A DNA stretch of 64,000 nt, taken from contig CANDZL010000008.1 in assembly GCA_947425205.1 (NCBI GenBank), positions 8,899 through 72,898 of the forward strand, in the 5' to 3' direction. Source of the DNA: an uncultured Hungatella sp. GTDB taxonomy: Bacteria; Bacillota; Clostridia; Lachnospirales; Lachnospiraceae. This document shows, piece by piece, positions 9,220-17,772 of this stretch. Below the pieces are notes generated by a model that was not told the DNA's origin, made no database searches, and saw nothing but the letters and a program-made list of their open reading frames with translations. The position numbers and the translations under genes were made by a program. Positions within the stretch are counted from its first letter, which is position 1. Every line of letters starts with the position of its first letter.

Positions 9220-9835
9220 ATCCACAGTACGCCGGCTGTAAGGAGATTCCCATTCTGGAAGTAAATTCTGTCCCGCTGATATCAACAGCAAAGGCGGCGG
9301 TTCGTCCGTCGTCCGTAGTACCGTAGCAGAGGCGGTCTTCTAGCAAGCTGTATAAGTCTTCCGGAAGGGCCTGCTCCAAATCCGCCAGGCCTTCCATGGA
9401 GGAATATCGCTCAAAGTTTTCCTCATCCGTGATCAGAATATCCAGTTCCTTGCTGGCAATCATAGCGGAGATCTTGGCCATAGAGGCGTAGCTGAACTCT
9501 GATACCACATCGCTGTAGGTGATGTATATGGATTCAGCGTGAACCTCCTGCTTCTTCCCGAATCCCATATGGTCATGGAATTCCTGGGTAAGAACATCGT
9601 AATTGAGTTCCCCGTTGGACTGGTTGTTGATGATGATGCAATAGAGGGAATTTTCAATGGTACTGTTGTAAATAGAGGTTCCAATGATGCAGAGGACAAA
9701 GACTATGCCGACCACAACTGCAATATGAAACTTGTAATATTCCCCGATATACCAGATTTTGTCCTGCAGGGACATAGCTTTCAATTTTTGCCTCTCCGTG
9801 GCAGCTTCTTTTCTGATTTCTTCTTTTAGCGACAT
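9155..9835 (-). CDS. Membrane-anchored hypothetical protein, possibly solute-binding-like
   Basis: 226-aa ORF with an N-terminal KIWYIGEYYK followed by one TM helix, then a polar domain. Confidence 0.7.
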   Translation of the reverse strand: MSLKEEIRKEAATERQKLKAMSLQDKIWYIGEYYKFHIAVVVGIVFVLCIIGTSIYNSTIENSLYCIIINNQSNGELNYDVLTQEFHDHMGFGKKQEVHAESIYITYSDVVSEFSYASMAKISAMIASKELDILITDEENFERYSSMEGLADLEQALPEDLYSLLEDRLCYGTTDDGRTAAFAVDISGTEFTSRMGISLQPAYCGFISNSQNRDTAIALLRYIFEP

Positions 9836-10146
9836 GTAAATTCTCCATTCTTATATTTGTACTCTGTATGCATCCGTCGCTGAGGAGGATGCCTGGATAA
9901 GGAACGGTGTCTGAACCAAACTTGAGCCAGTTGAGCCGCCTGCATACGGTATGCCAGAGGTGGCTGGGAGGCATATAAGCGCATTCTATCACATTCAGAG
10001 GCAGTTTTCAATTTTTTATATTATTAATTTTCTATGAAATCCACAGGATAAATTGATTTTTTACGTTACTTTCGATATAATAAGTAACAATACCAAAAGG
10101 CATGAAAGTTTCAGGCATGCTTAAACTTAAGAAAAGAGGTTTTTCT

Positions 10147-10950
10147 ATGCTTTCAGGCTTATTTAACTATGACAATCCGATATGGCGGTTCATCGGCAAG
10201 TTCTGGGATCTGTTAATCGTACATATCCTGTGGTTTGTATGCTGCATTCCCATTGTGACAGCGGGAGCGTCCACTACAGCGTTGTACTATGTGACATTGA
10301 GGCTTGTCCGGGATGATGATGGGTACACCATCCGGTCTTTCTTCAAGTCGTTTAAGGAGAACTTCAAGCAGGCGACGGCGATCTGGATGATTTTCCTGGT
10401 CATCGGCTTGATTCTGGGATTTGACCTGTATTTTATGGCGACGGTCTTTACGACTCCGTCCATGTGGCGGACAGCCCTGGTCACTATTTTCTTAGCCATG
10501 CTGGTTATCTGGACGGCTATGATCACCTATGTGTTTCCACTGCAGAGCCGGTTCTATAACACGGTGAAGAAAACCATCTTTAATGCGTTTTTTATGTCCA
10601 TCCGTCATATTTTTCATACGATCGGCATGGTGGTCATCGATGCAGCTCTGGTTTTTATTACCCTGACCTTGGTTCCCCAGCTGCTGCTGTTCGGATATTC
10701 CTTGATTGCGTTTATCAATTCCTATTTTCTGGAGGCGGTGTTCAAGAAATATATCCCCAAGGACGACCGCGAAGATGACGGCGAACTGAGGCCCCTGTTT
10801 GAAGACGATGATGCAGGAAGTTTCGGACAGATCGGAACGGAAAATTCTGTGTGGAGTACCAGCAGATCTGCGGGGAAAGCAGAGAAGGAAGAGGCTGCCA
10901 ACACCTCCGGGGAGGAGAACAAGCTGGAGAGCCAGCCTCCGGTGTCTTAA
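10147..10950 (+). CDS. YesL/DUF624 family membrane protein
   Basis: Motifs PIVTAGASTTALYY and FFKSFKENFKQAT, with four TM segments. Confidence 0.88.
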   Translation: MLSGLFNYDNPIWRFIGKFWDLLIVHILWFVCCIPIVTAGASTTALYYVTLRLVRDDDGYTIRSFFKSFKENFKQATAIWMIFLVIGLILGFDLYFMATVFTTPSMWRTALVTIFLAMLVIWTAMITYVFPLQSRFYNTVKKTIFNAFFMSIRHIFHTIGMVVIDAALVFITLTLVPQLLLFGYSLIAFINSYFLEAVFKKYIPKDDREDDGELRPLFEDDDAGSFGQIGTENSVWSTSRSAGKAEKEEAANTSGEENKLESQPPVS

Positions 10951-10964
10951 GGTTCAATAACATG

Positions 10965-11002
10965 CAACGGCCTTGAAACCGTGTCCGGTTTTAAGGCCGT
11001 TG
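10965..11002. terminator. Bidirectional intrinsic terminator
   Basis: CAACGGCCTTGAAACC-6nt-GGTTTTAAGGCCGTTG between convergent genes. Confidence 0.75.
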
Positions 11003-11019
11003 TCTGTTGTACCTGATTT

Positions 11020-11679
11020 TTACGCAACAAACTGATACATCATGATATAGTGGCATAAGCTTCCGCCCATGACAAACAGATGGAAAATCTCGTGAGAACC
11101 GAAATTCTGGTGCCTGGAATTGAAAATCGGAAGTTTAAGTGCATAGATAATACCTCCAACCGTATAGATGATGCCTCCTGCCAGAAGCCACCCGAATGCA
11201 GTGGGCGGAAGGGCTTTCACAATCTTGGTAAATGCCAGGACACATACCCATCCCATGGCAATATAGAGAACAGAGGAAAACCATTTGGGGCATGTGATCC
11301 AGCAGATTTTGATGGCAATTCCCACTACGGCGATGGACCATACCAGCGCCAGCAGCATCCATCCAGTCCGGTCTCCCAGAACCACCATGCAGACGGGTGT
11401 ATAGGTTCCGGCAATCAGGATAAAGATCATCATATGGTCGATTTTGCGGAGAATCTTATTGACCTTTGGCGAGATATCCAGGGTGTGGTAGGTGGTGCTG
11501 GCCGCATACAATAAGATCATGCTGGCAATGAAGATCCCTAAGGACAGGGAGGTAAGCGAAAAATCTCCGGTGTCCCGGTAGGACTTAAACAGCAGCGGAG
11601 TAGCCGCCAGAGCAGATAGAACCATGCCGATAAAGTGGGTAATGGCACTGCCAGGATCTTTAATATGAAGTTTTGTCAT
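11020..11679 (-). CDS. Hemolysin III / PAQR family membrane protein
   Basis: Motifs ASTTYH, DHMMIFILIAGTYTP and HEIFHLFV. AGGAGG precedes ATG 11679. Confidence 0.9.
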   Translation of the reverse strand: MTKLHIKDPGSAITHFIGMVLSALAATPLLFKSYRDTGDFSLTSLSLGIFIASMILLYAASTTYHTLDISPKVNKILRKIDHMMIFILIAGTYTPVCMVVLGDRTGWMLLALVWSIAVVGIAIKICWITCPKWFSSVLYIAMGWVCVLAFTKIVKALPPTAFGWLLAGGIIYTVGGIIYALKLPIFNSRHQNFGSHEIFHLFVMGGSLCHYIMMYQFVA

Positions 11680-11814
11680 AGAATCATCCTCCTTTATATA
11701 GATATCAATAATTTGATATGTAGTTTTAAAAACTATATGCAATCTTTATGTATACTATACACCAGCAACGAAAAAAATGCAAGTAAATTAAAAAAATAAA
11801 TGCAGGAGAGCCAT

Positions 11815-12531
11815 ATGCTTGAAATTTTTTATGAAGACAGGGAGATCATCATTGTGAAAAAACCGGTGGGCATGGAGTCTCAGGCGGTTCGTTCTTTTGC
11901 CCCGGATCTGGTCAGCGAGATACAAAACCATATAAACAGGTTATCAACAGAAAGAAAGGAGCCTTATGTGGGAGTTATCCACAGGCTGGACAAGCCGGTA
12001 GGCGGGATCATGGTTTTTGCAAAGACGAAACAGGCGGCAGCGGCTCTCAGCGCCCAGGTTCAGAGCCATGAGATGCAGAAAATGTATATGGCCGTCGTAT
12101 GCGGAAGACCTGTGGATAATGTGGATAACTTTGTGGATTATTTGTTGAAAGACCGTGGAGAAAATGTGTCGAGAATTGTGGATAAGGGGATAAAAGGGGC
12201 GAAACGGGCCGAATTATGCTATGAGGTGATAAAGACCCTGGAGAAACCAGGGGAGGAGGTGCTTACGTTGGTGAAGATCCATCTCTTAACCGGACGGCAC
12301 CACCAGATCCGTGTTCAGTTTGCAGGCCACGGCCTTCCCCTGTGGGGAGACAACCGGTATCATCCTGGGTTTGCAGCCAGAAGCGCTGGGAGGCCGGCCA
12401 TGCCCGGGCATCCGCGTCCTTCCATCGCGCTGTCAGCCTGTGAGCTTACCCTGACCCATCCGTCTACGAAAAAGCAGATCCATGTCCAGATGGAGCCAGA
12501 GGGGGAGATCTTCCGGCGGTTTACTGATTAG
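11815..12531 (+). CDS. RluA family pseudouridine synthase
   Basis: Motifs HRLDKPVGG and TGRHHQIRVQ. Confidence 0.93.
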   Translation: MLEIFYEDREIIIVKKPVGMESQAVRSFAPDLVSEIQNHINRLSTERKEPYVGVIHRLDKPVGGIMVFAKTKQAAAALSAQVQSHEMQKMYMAVVCGRPVDNVDNFVDYLLKDRGENVSRIVDKGIKGAKRAELCYEVIKTLEKPGEEVLTLVKIHLLTGRHHQIRVQFAGHGLPLWGDNRYHPGFAARSAGRPAMPGHPRPSIALSACELTLTHPSTKKQIHVQMEPEGEIFRRFTD

Positions 12532-12773
12532 CGCGGTGCCGTGGAACGCTTTGGGAACCCACATCAAAAGGTGCTTTGCCGTGGAAAGCAGCGCCTGCAG
12601 CTGCCAGATGAATTTTTTGCAGATAGTGATTAAAGCGTTTTGATTCTGGGAATAGTTAAGAATAAGAGAAATGCATGCGCAGGAAGCGGCAAAACAGGCA
12701 AAACGGCCAGTAAATGAAGAACAGCAAAAAGATGGGCAGCAGGCACGCTGGCAGCCGGAAAGGAGGCAAGAAT

Positions 12774-13028
12774 ATGGACAACATGAAAAACTCTGCAAAC
12801 AGACAGGATATTTTGCTAAAGAATCAGCATGATATTGTGAATTTTGTAAATAAAATGGAAAAATACCCATTCCATGCAGATCTATACTGTGGAAGCTGTG
12901 TGGTAGATGCCAAGTCCCTTCTTGGCGTAATGGGATTCGGCATGGGAAAGGTGATGACCCTTCAAATATATGGAGAGGAAGACATCCGCACCCTTCCGGG
13001 AATCTCGGAGTATGTGATTACACGATAA
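12774..13028 (+). CDS. HPr-like protein lacking the His15 motif
   Basis: VDAKSLLGVM (Ser46 region) is present; HARP is absent. AGGAGG RBS. Confidence 0.75.
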   Translation: MDNMKNSANRQDILLKNQHDIVNFVNKMEKYPFHADLYCGSCVVDAKSLLGVMGFGMGKVMTLQIYGEEDIRTLPGISEYVITR

Positions 13029-13163
13029 AACGTAAGGGATTTCAGAGAAGAATAAAATCTAAAAAACCGCACATACTGTTTACTGTACAAAGGAAGTACG
13101 AAGCAGGAAACAGGTAAGTCCTAGGTTTGGCTGTGTAAGGAACTGAAGATAGAATCAAATGTC

Positions 13164-13181
13164 GGGGGCCTTTCGGCCCCC
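13164..13181. terminator. Intrinsic terminator between convergent genes
   Basis: GGGGGCC-TTTC-GGCCCCC followed by TTCTT. Confidence 0.75.
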
Positions 13182-13200
13182 TTCTTAAATTTAGAACGAT

Positions 13201-14052
13201 TTAAGATAGAATCTTATTTTCCGTCCGCCAGAGTCTTGGCGGGATCCCGTAGACATTCTTAAAAGCTCTGGAGAAATGAAGCTGGCTGGGATATCCCACT
13301 GCATTGCTTATATCTCCCACCGACAGCTCCGTAAGCTTTAAAAGCTCTGCGGCTTTTGTCATGCGATAATGAATGAGAAATTCCTGAGGATTCTTTCCCA
13401 CAGAATCCTTGAAAATCTTGCCAAAATAGCTGCGGTTTAAATTGCAGAAGGCAGCGATATCTTCCACGGAGATATCGTTCTGGAAGTTTTGCTCAATGAA
13501 GGATAAGGCTTCCCTCACATAGAAATCCTGAAGTTTCCCTGTCTGCATTCGCTTCTGGCAGGAGGAAGAACGGGTCAGATAGTCTAAAAACAGATACAGA
13601 TGGCCGATGAGGTGCAGGGGGGGAAGATCCGAATGATTGGTGATATAAAGCATCTCATTCTTCAACTCCTGGCTTAAATCCCTGGAATTGGTATGGTAGA
13701 CAGGTGAAGAGGTTGTAAGCCCGGCCAGCTCCAGAGCCTCCTTTACCCTGAGACCGTCAAATTCCACCCAGGTATATTCCCATGGGTGCTTCTCATCAGC
13801 AGCATATGTGGCTACCTGCTTGGGAAAGATCATAAAGCCTTCACCGCTTTTTAAGCGGTATGTGTGGTTCTGTCCGCTTGAATCCATGGAAACCAGGGTT
13901 CCCGTTCCTGAAATGATGTAGTGAAACAGATAATGATTCCTGACATATGGTCCGTAGGAATGGAGAGGTGCACATTGCTCCCACCCATATTGATATAATC
14001 CTAGGTCAACGAACCGTTCGTTAGGAAAGACTGAAAACAGCACATTGCTCAT
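13201..14052 (-). CDS. AraC family regulator (MsmR-like), divergent from the sugar ABC operon
   Basis: N-terminal cupin (RNHYLFHYI) and a double HTH (LNRSYFGKIFK; VGYPSQLHFSRAFK). AAGGAG precedes ATG 14052. Confidence 0.9.
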   Translation of the reverse strand: MSNVLFSVFPNERFVDLGLYQYGWEQCAPLHSYGPYVRNHYLFHYIISGTGTLVSMDSSGQNHTYRLKSGEGFMIFPKQVATYAADEKHPWEYTWVEFDGLRVKEALELAGLTTSSPVYHTNSRDLSQELKNEMLYITNHSDLPPLHLIGHLYLFLDYLTRSSSCQKRMQTGKLQDFYVREALSFIEQNFQNDISVEDIAAFCNLNRSYFGKIFKDSVGKNPQEFLIHYRMTKAAELLKLTELSVGDISNAVGYPSQLHFSRAFKNVYGIPPRLWRTENKILS

Positions 14053-14229
14053 AAAATACAAGCTCCTTCCGTAAGTTTGTTGAAAAATCTGGGGCATATC
14101 AAATTAATTTCCGTTAAATTCCACATGTAGCAAGAGTATCTGCTGTCTATTATATACCAAAATGGGACTCGATTTCAAGATAAGATTAAAAATCTAGCAT
14201 ATTGGTATATGATTCCTAAAATCGTTGTA

Positions 14230-14258
14230 TTTACGACGCCGTTTCCAGGTGTTATCAT
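14230..14258 (+). promoter_or_regulatory. Candidate sigma-A promoter of the sugar ABC operon
   Basis: TTTACG-17bp-TATCAT with an extended TG. Confidence 0.5.
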
Positions 14259-14280
14259 TTAGTGCGAAAGGAAAGTAAAC

Positions 14281-14540
14281 CTGCATGCTAAACCCCCATG
14301 CCGCTTTCCCGGCACCACCATGAATGAAAGGGGGTTTACTATGAACCCTCCGGGGGATGCACACAAAATGCCAAAAGCGGGCATTTTGGCGCTGTACGGT
14401 CAGCGCAGCAGGTGCGCAGACCTACCATGAGGGTTCGAGACTTTCATAGTAATATAAGCCGCGGCGATTGTAACATGCAGTAACAGGGAGTACATAGGAA
14501 CTGTTACAACAGGCAGGATCAGCCGGCCGCTGATTCTGTA
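14281..14540 (+). other. Highly structured leader or inserted fold-back element
   Basis: At least six stems, e.g. TTACTATGAA/TTCATAGTAA, GAACCCTC/GAGGGTTC, CAAAATGCC/GGCATTTTG and CTGCATG/CATGCAG. Confidence 0.6.
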
Positions 14541-14559
14541 AAAAAACAGGAGGTAAATT

Positions 14560-15861
14560 ATGCGAAAAACAATGAAAAAGGGAATTGCCTTAGGGTTATC
14601 CCTGGGATTGGCAGTTGCTTCCTTAAGCGGATGCCAGGGATCCGGCAGGACGGCAGACGGAAAGGTAAAACTGTCATTCCAGATTTGGGATAACGCACAG
14701 AGGGCAGGTATGCAGTCTATCGTTGATGCCTACATGGCCCAGAATCCAAATGTATCAATCGAAGTGCAGGTAACTAGCTGGGATGAGTACTGGACCAAGC
14801 TGGATGCGGCAGCGGAGTCCAATCAGCTTCCGGATATTTTCTGGATGCACACCAACCAGATCTTAAAGTATGCGGATTATGGTATGCTGGCGGATGTAAC
14901 CAACCTTTACGATGACGTGGACCCTAATTTCTACACGGAGCACTTTTCTGAGGTTTCCTTAGACAACGCAAAGGGAAGCAACGGAAAGATGTATGGAGTA
15001 CCAAAGGATAAGGATACGGTCTGTCTGGTATATAATAAAGAAATGTTTGACGCAGCAGGCGTGGCTTATCCGGACGAAACTTGGACCTGGGATACCTTAT
15101 GCGACGCTTCCGCTCAGATTTATGAGAAAACCGGAAAATATGGATATATGGCCTATGGTGATGACCAGCTTGGCTACTGGAACTTTGTATACCAGGCAGG
15201 GGGGCACATTTTAAACGAGGATAAAACAAAAGCAGGCTTTTTGGATCCGGCGACCAAAAAAGGAATGGAGTTTTATATCAATCTGCAGAAGGAAGCCTGG
15301 TGTCCGGATCAGAATTACTTTGCAGAGACCAACCCAGGAACTGCTTTTATTTCCGAACAGGGAGCGATGTACCTGGAAGGTAACTGGAACCTGATGTCCA
15401 TGAGAGAGAACAATCAGGAGTTGGAAGGAAAATGGGATGTTGCGGTTCTGCCTATGTGCCCGGATCCGGTAAATGGTGACGGAAGAGCCACCATATCCAA
15501 CGGCCTCTGCTATTCTACAGGAGCCAGGGGAAAGAATTTAGAGTATGCTCTTGATTTCCTGAAATTTGCAGGTTCTGAGGAGGGACAGCGGATTCAGGGA
15601 CAGTCAGGTGCGGCAATTCCGGCGTACAATGGTTTGGAGGATACCTGGATCGGCGCATTTGATAAGTTCGATTATGATATGAACATTGAAAAATGTGTGG
15701 AAATGTTCCCATATGGCGTGCAGAGTGTCAACAATGCAAGCAGGCCTAACTGGAAGACTCAGGTCAATGATCTCTTGTTAAAGATTTATAGCGGAGAACT
15801 GACCCTGGATCAGGGCCTGGAAGCAATGCAGAAGCAGGTTGACGAAGCGAAAGCACCGTAA
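14560..15861 (+). CDS. Sugar ABC transporter substrate-binding lipoprotein
   Basis: Lipobox LSGC, motif LPDIFWM, CUT1-type architecture. Confidence 0.92.
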   Translation: MRKTMKKGIALGLSLGLAVASLSGCQGSGRTADGKVKLSFQIWDNAQRAGMQSIVDAYMAQNPNVSIEVQVTSWDEYWTKLDAAAESNQLPDIFWMHTNQILKYADYGMLADVTNLYDDVDPNFYTEHFSEVSLDNAKGSNGKMYGVPKDKDTVCLVYNKEMFDAAGVAYPDETWTWDTLCDASAQIYEKTGKYGYMAYGDDQLGYWNFVYQAGGHILNEDKTKAGFLDPATKKGMEFYINLQKEAWCPDQNYFAETNPGTAFISEQGAMYLEGNWNLMSMRENNQELEGKWDVAVLPMCPDPVNGDGRATISNGLCYSTGARGKNLEYALDFLKFAGSEEGQRIQGQSGAAIPAYNGLEDTWIGAFDKFDYDMNIEKCVEMFPYGVQSVNNASRPNWKTQVNDLLLKIYSGELTLDQGLEAMQKQVDEAKAP

Positions 15862-16760
15862 TGGAGAAGGAGGGCAAAATGGGAAAGAAAAATTGGTTAA
15901 CAGAAGATGCCAAGTGGGGCTATTTAATGGTAGCGCCTACGATCATCGGACTTATTGTATTGAATGTGTGGCCCTTTATTCAAACAGTAATTCTAAGTTT
16001 TTCCACCACACATCCATTTGGATACTTTGAACTTTCAGGAATCGGTAACTACACCCAGATGTTTGGCAACAAAGAATTCTGGAAAGCAACCTGGAACTCC
16101 ATCTATTTCTGTATTCTGACGGTACCGCTGGGAATCTTTCTATCCCTTCTTACGGCAGTGCTTTTAAATGCTAAGATTACAGGAAAGACCGCATACCGTG
16201 CCATCTACTTCCTGCCAATGGTTGTGGCTCCGGCAGCAATCGCAATGGTTTGGAAGTGGATCTTCAATGCAGAGTATGGTATCATCAACCAGATCATCGG
16301 TTCCAAGGTAAACTGGCTGACTAACACAGCGTTGGTGCTTCCGGCATGTGCAGTTGTGGCTATCTGGAGTGCGGTTGGTTACGATGCAGTGCTTTTGTTA
16401 TCCGGAATCCAGAATATTTCCAAGAGTTACTATGAGGCTGCCAGCTTAGACGGCGCTACCAAGATCCAGCAGTTTTTCCACATCACGCTGCCTATGGTGT
16501 CTCCTACCTTGTTTGTAGTTATGATTATGCGTCTCATGGCTTCTCTCAAAGTGTATGACTTAATCTACATGATGATCGATACTGCCAACCCGGCCATCAC
16601 CAGCGCCCAGTCCCTTATGTATCTGTACTACCGCGAGGCGTTTGTGGCAGGCAACAGAGGATATGCATCTGCTATCGTTGTATGGACCGTGCTCCTCATC
16701 GGTATCGTAACTGCCTTCCAGTTCTGGGGACAGAAGAAGTGGGTTAACTACGAAGTATAA
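15861..16760 (+). CDS. Sugar ABC transporter permease
   Basis: EAA loop YYEAASLDGATKIQQFFHITLP. Confidence 0.93.
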   Translation: MEKEGKMGKKNWLTEDAKWGYLMVAPTIIGLIVLNVWPFIQTVILSFSTTHPFGYFELSGIGNYTQMFGNKEFWKATWNSIYFCILTVPLGIFLSLLTAVLLNAKITGKTAYRAIYFLPMVVAPAAIAMVWKWIFNAEYGIINQIIGSKVNWLTNTALVLPACAVVAIWSAVGYDAVLLLSGIQNISKSYYEAASLDGATKIQQFFHITLPMVSPTLFVVMIMRLMASLKVYDLIYMMIDTANPAITSAQSLMYLYYREAFVAGNRGYASAIVVWTVLLIGIVTAFQFWGQKKWVNYEV

Positions 16761-16780
16761 GGGAAAAGGAGGTAAATTCT

Positions 16781-17605
16781 TTAGAGAAGAACTATAGAAG
16801 AAATAAGATATTAGTTTATGTGTTTCTTACCGCCGGTGCAGTGCTGATGATTTTCCCGTTTTTGTGGATGGTGCTGACCAGTTTCAAGTCTGCTGGTGAG
16901 AGTGTTCAGATCCCGCCGACGATTCTGCCGAAGAACTGGCTGGTTGATAACTACAAGAATGCCCTTACAAGCCTTCCGTTTATCAATCTGTATGTCAACA
17001 CTACGCTGCTTATCATCTTCCGTGTGTTGTGTGCAGTGGCATTCTCTTCCGCAGCCGGATTTGCATTCTCCAAGCTGGAGTTCAAGGGCAAGAACGCATT
17101 GTTTACCATCGTTCTGGTACAGATGATGCTGCCGTCCCAGATTTTCGTCATTCCCCAGTATCAGATGTTAGCAAAGGTTGGTTTGACCAACACCATGTTT
17201 GCTCTGGTATTTCCTGGTGTGGTAAGCGCTTTCGGAACCTTCTTCCTGCGCCAGTCCTACATGGGAATTCCAGATGAGGTAGGGGAGGCCGCTTACCTGG
17301 ATGGGTGTAACAAGTGGCAGACCTTTACCAAGGTTATGATGCCTCTTACCAAGTCTTCTATGGCTGCCCTTACCATCTTTACGGCGGTGTTCGCATACGC
17401 AGACCTGATGTGGCCGTTGATTGCCAATACGGATCTGAAGAAAATGACGTTATCTGCAGGGCTTTCTACTTTGAGAGGTCAGTTTACTACCAATTATCCG
17501 GTGTTGATGGCTGGTTCTGTGCTGGCTATGGTGCCTATGGTGATTCTGTATCTGGTGTTCCAGAAGCAGTTTATTGAAGGAATTGCTATGACAGGTGGTA
17601 AATAA
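16781..17605 (+). CDS. Sugar ABC transporter permease (start uncertain: TTA 16781 or GTG 16820)
   Basis: EAA loop EAAYLDGCNKWQTF. A strong SD lies 7 nt before the in-frame TTA. Confidence 0.88.
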   Translation, partial: LEKNYRRNKILVYVFLTAGAVLMIFPFLWMVLTSFKSAGESVQIPPTILPKNWLVDNYKNALTSLPFINLYVNTTLLIIFRVLCAVAFSSAAGFAFSKLEFKGKNALFTIVLVQMMLPSQIFVIPQYQMLAKVGLTNTMFALVFPGVVSAFGTFFLRQSYMGIPDEVGEAAYLDGCNKWQTFTKVMMPLTKSSMAALTIFTAVFAYADLMWPLIANTDLKKMTLSAGLSTLRGQFTTNYPVLMAGSVLAMVPMVILYLVFQKQFIEGIAMTGGK

Positions 17606-17772
17606 GATTTGCAAAGAGATGTACTATAATGACTCCAAAGCTACGTTGATGGCATGGTTATAGTTATATAGTATATAGTTATGCATTAGGTAAAAATAAC
17701 GAAAATGAAAAGAAATGAAATAAAGGATTGAAGTGTGGGGAAAAGTGTGCTATTAAATTAAGATAGTTTTGG

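Noticed and set aside
11020-11679. Hemolysin III as a virulence toxin
   Set aside because: This PAQR-type family is widespread in non-pathogens, and nothing in the context supports a toxin role.
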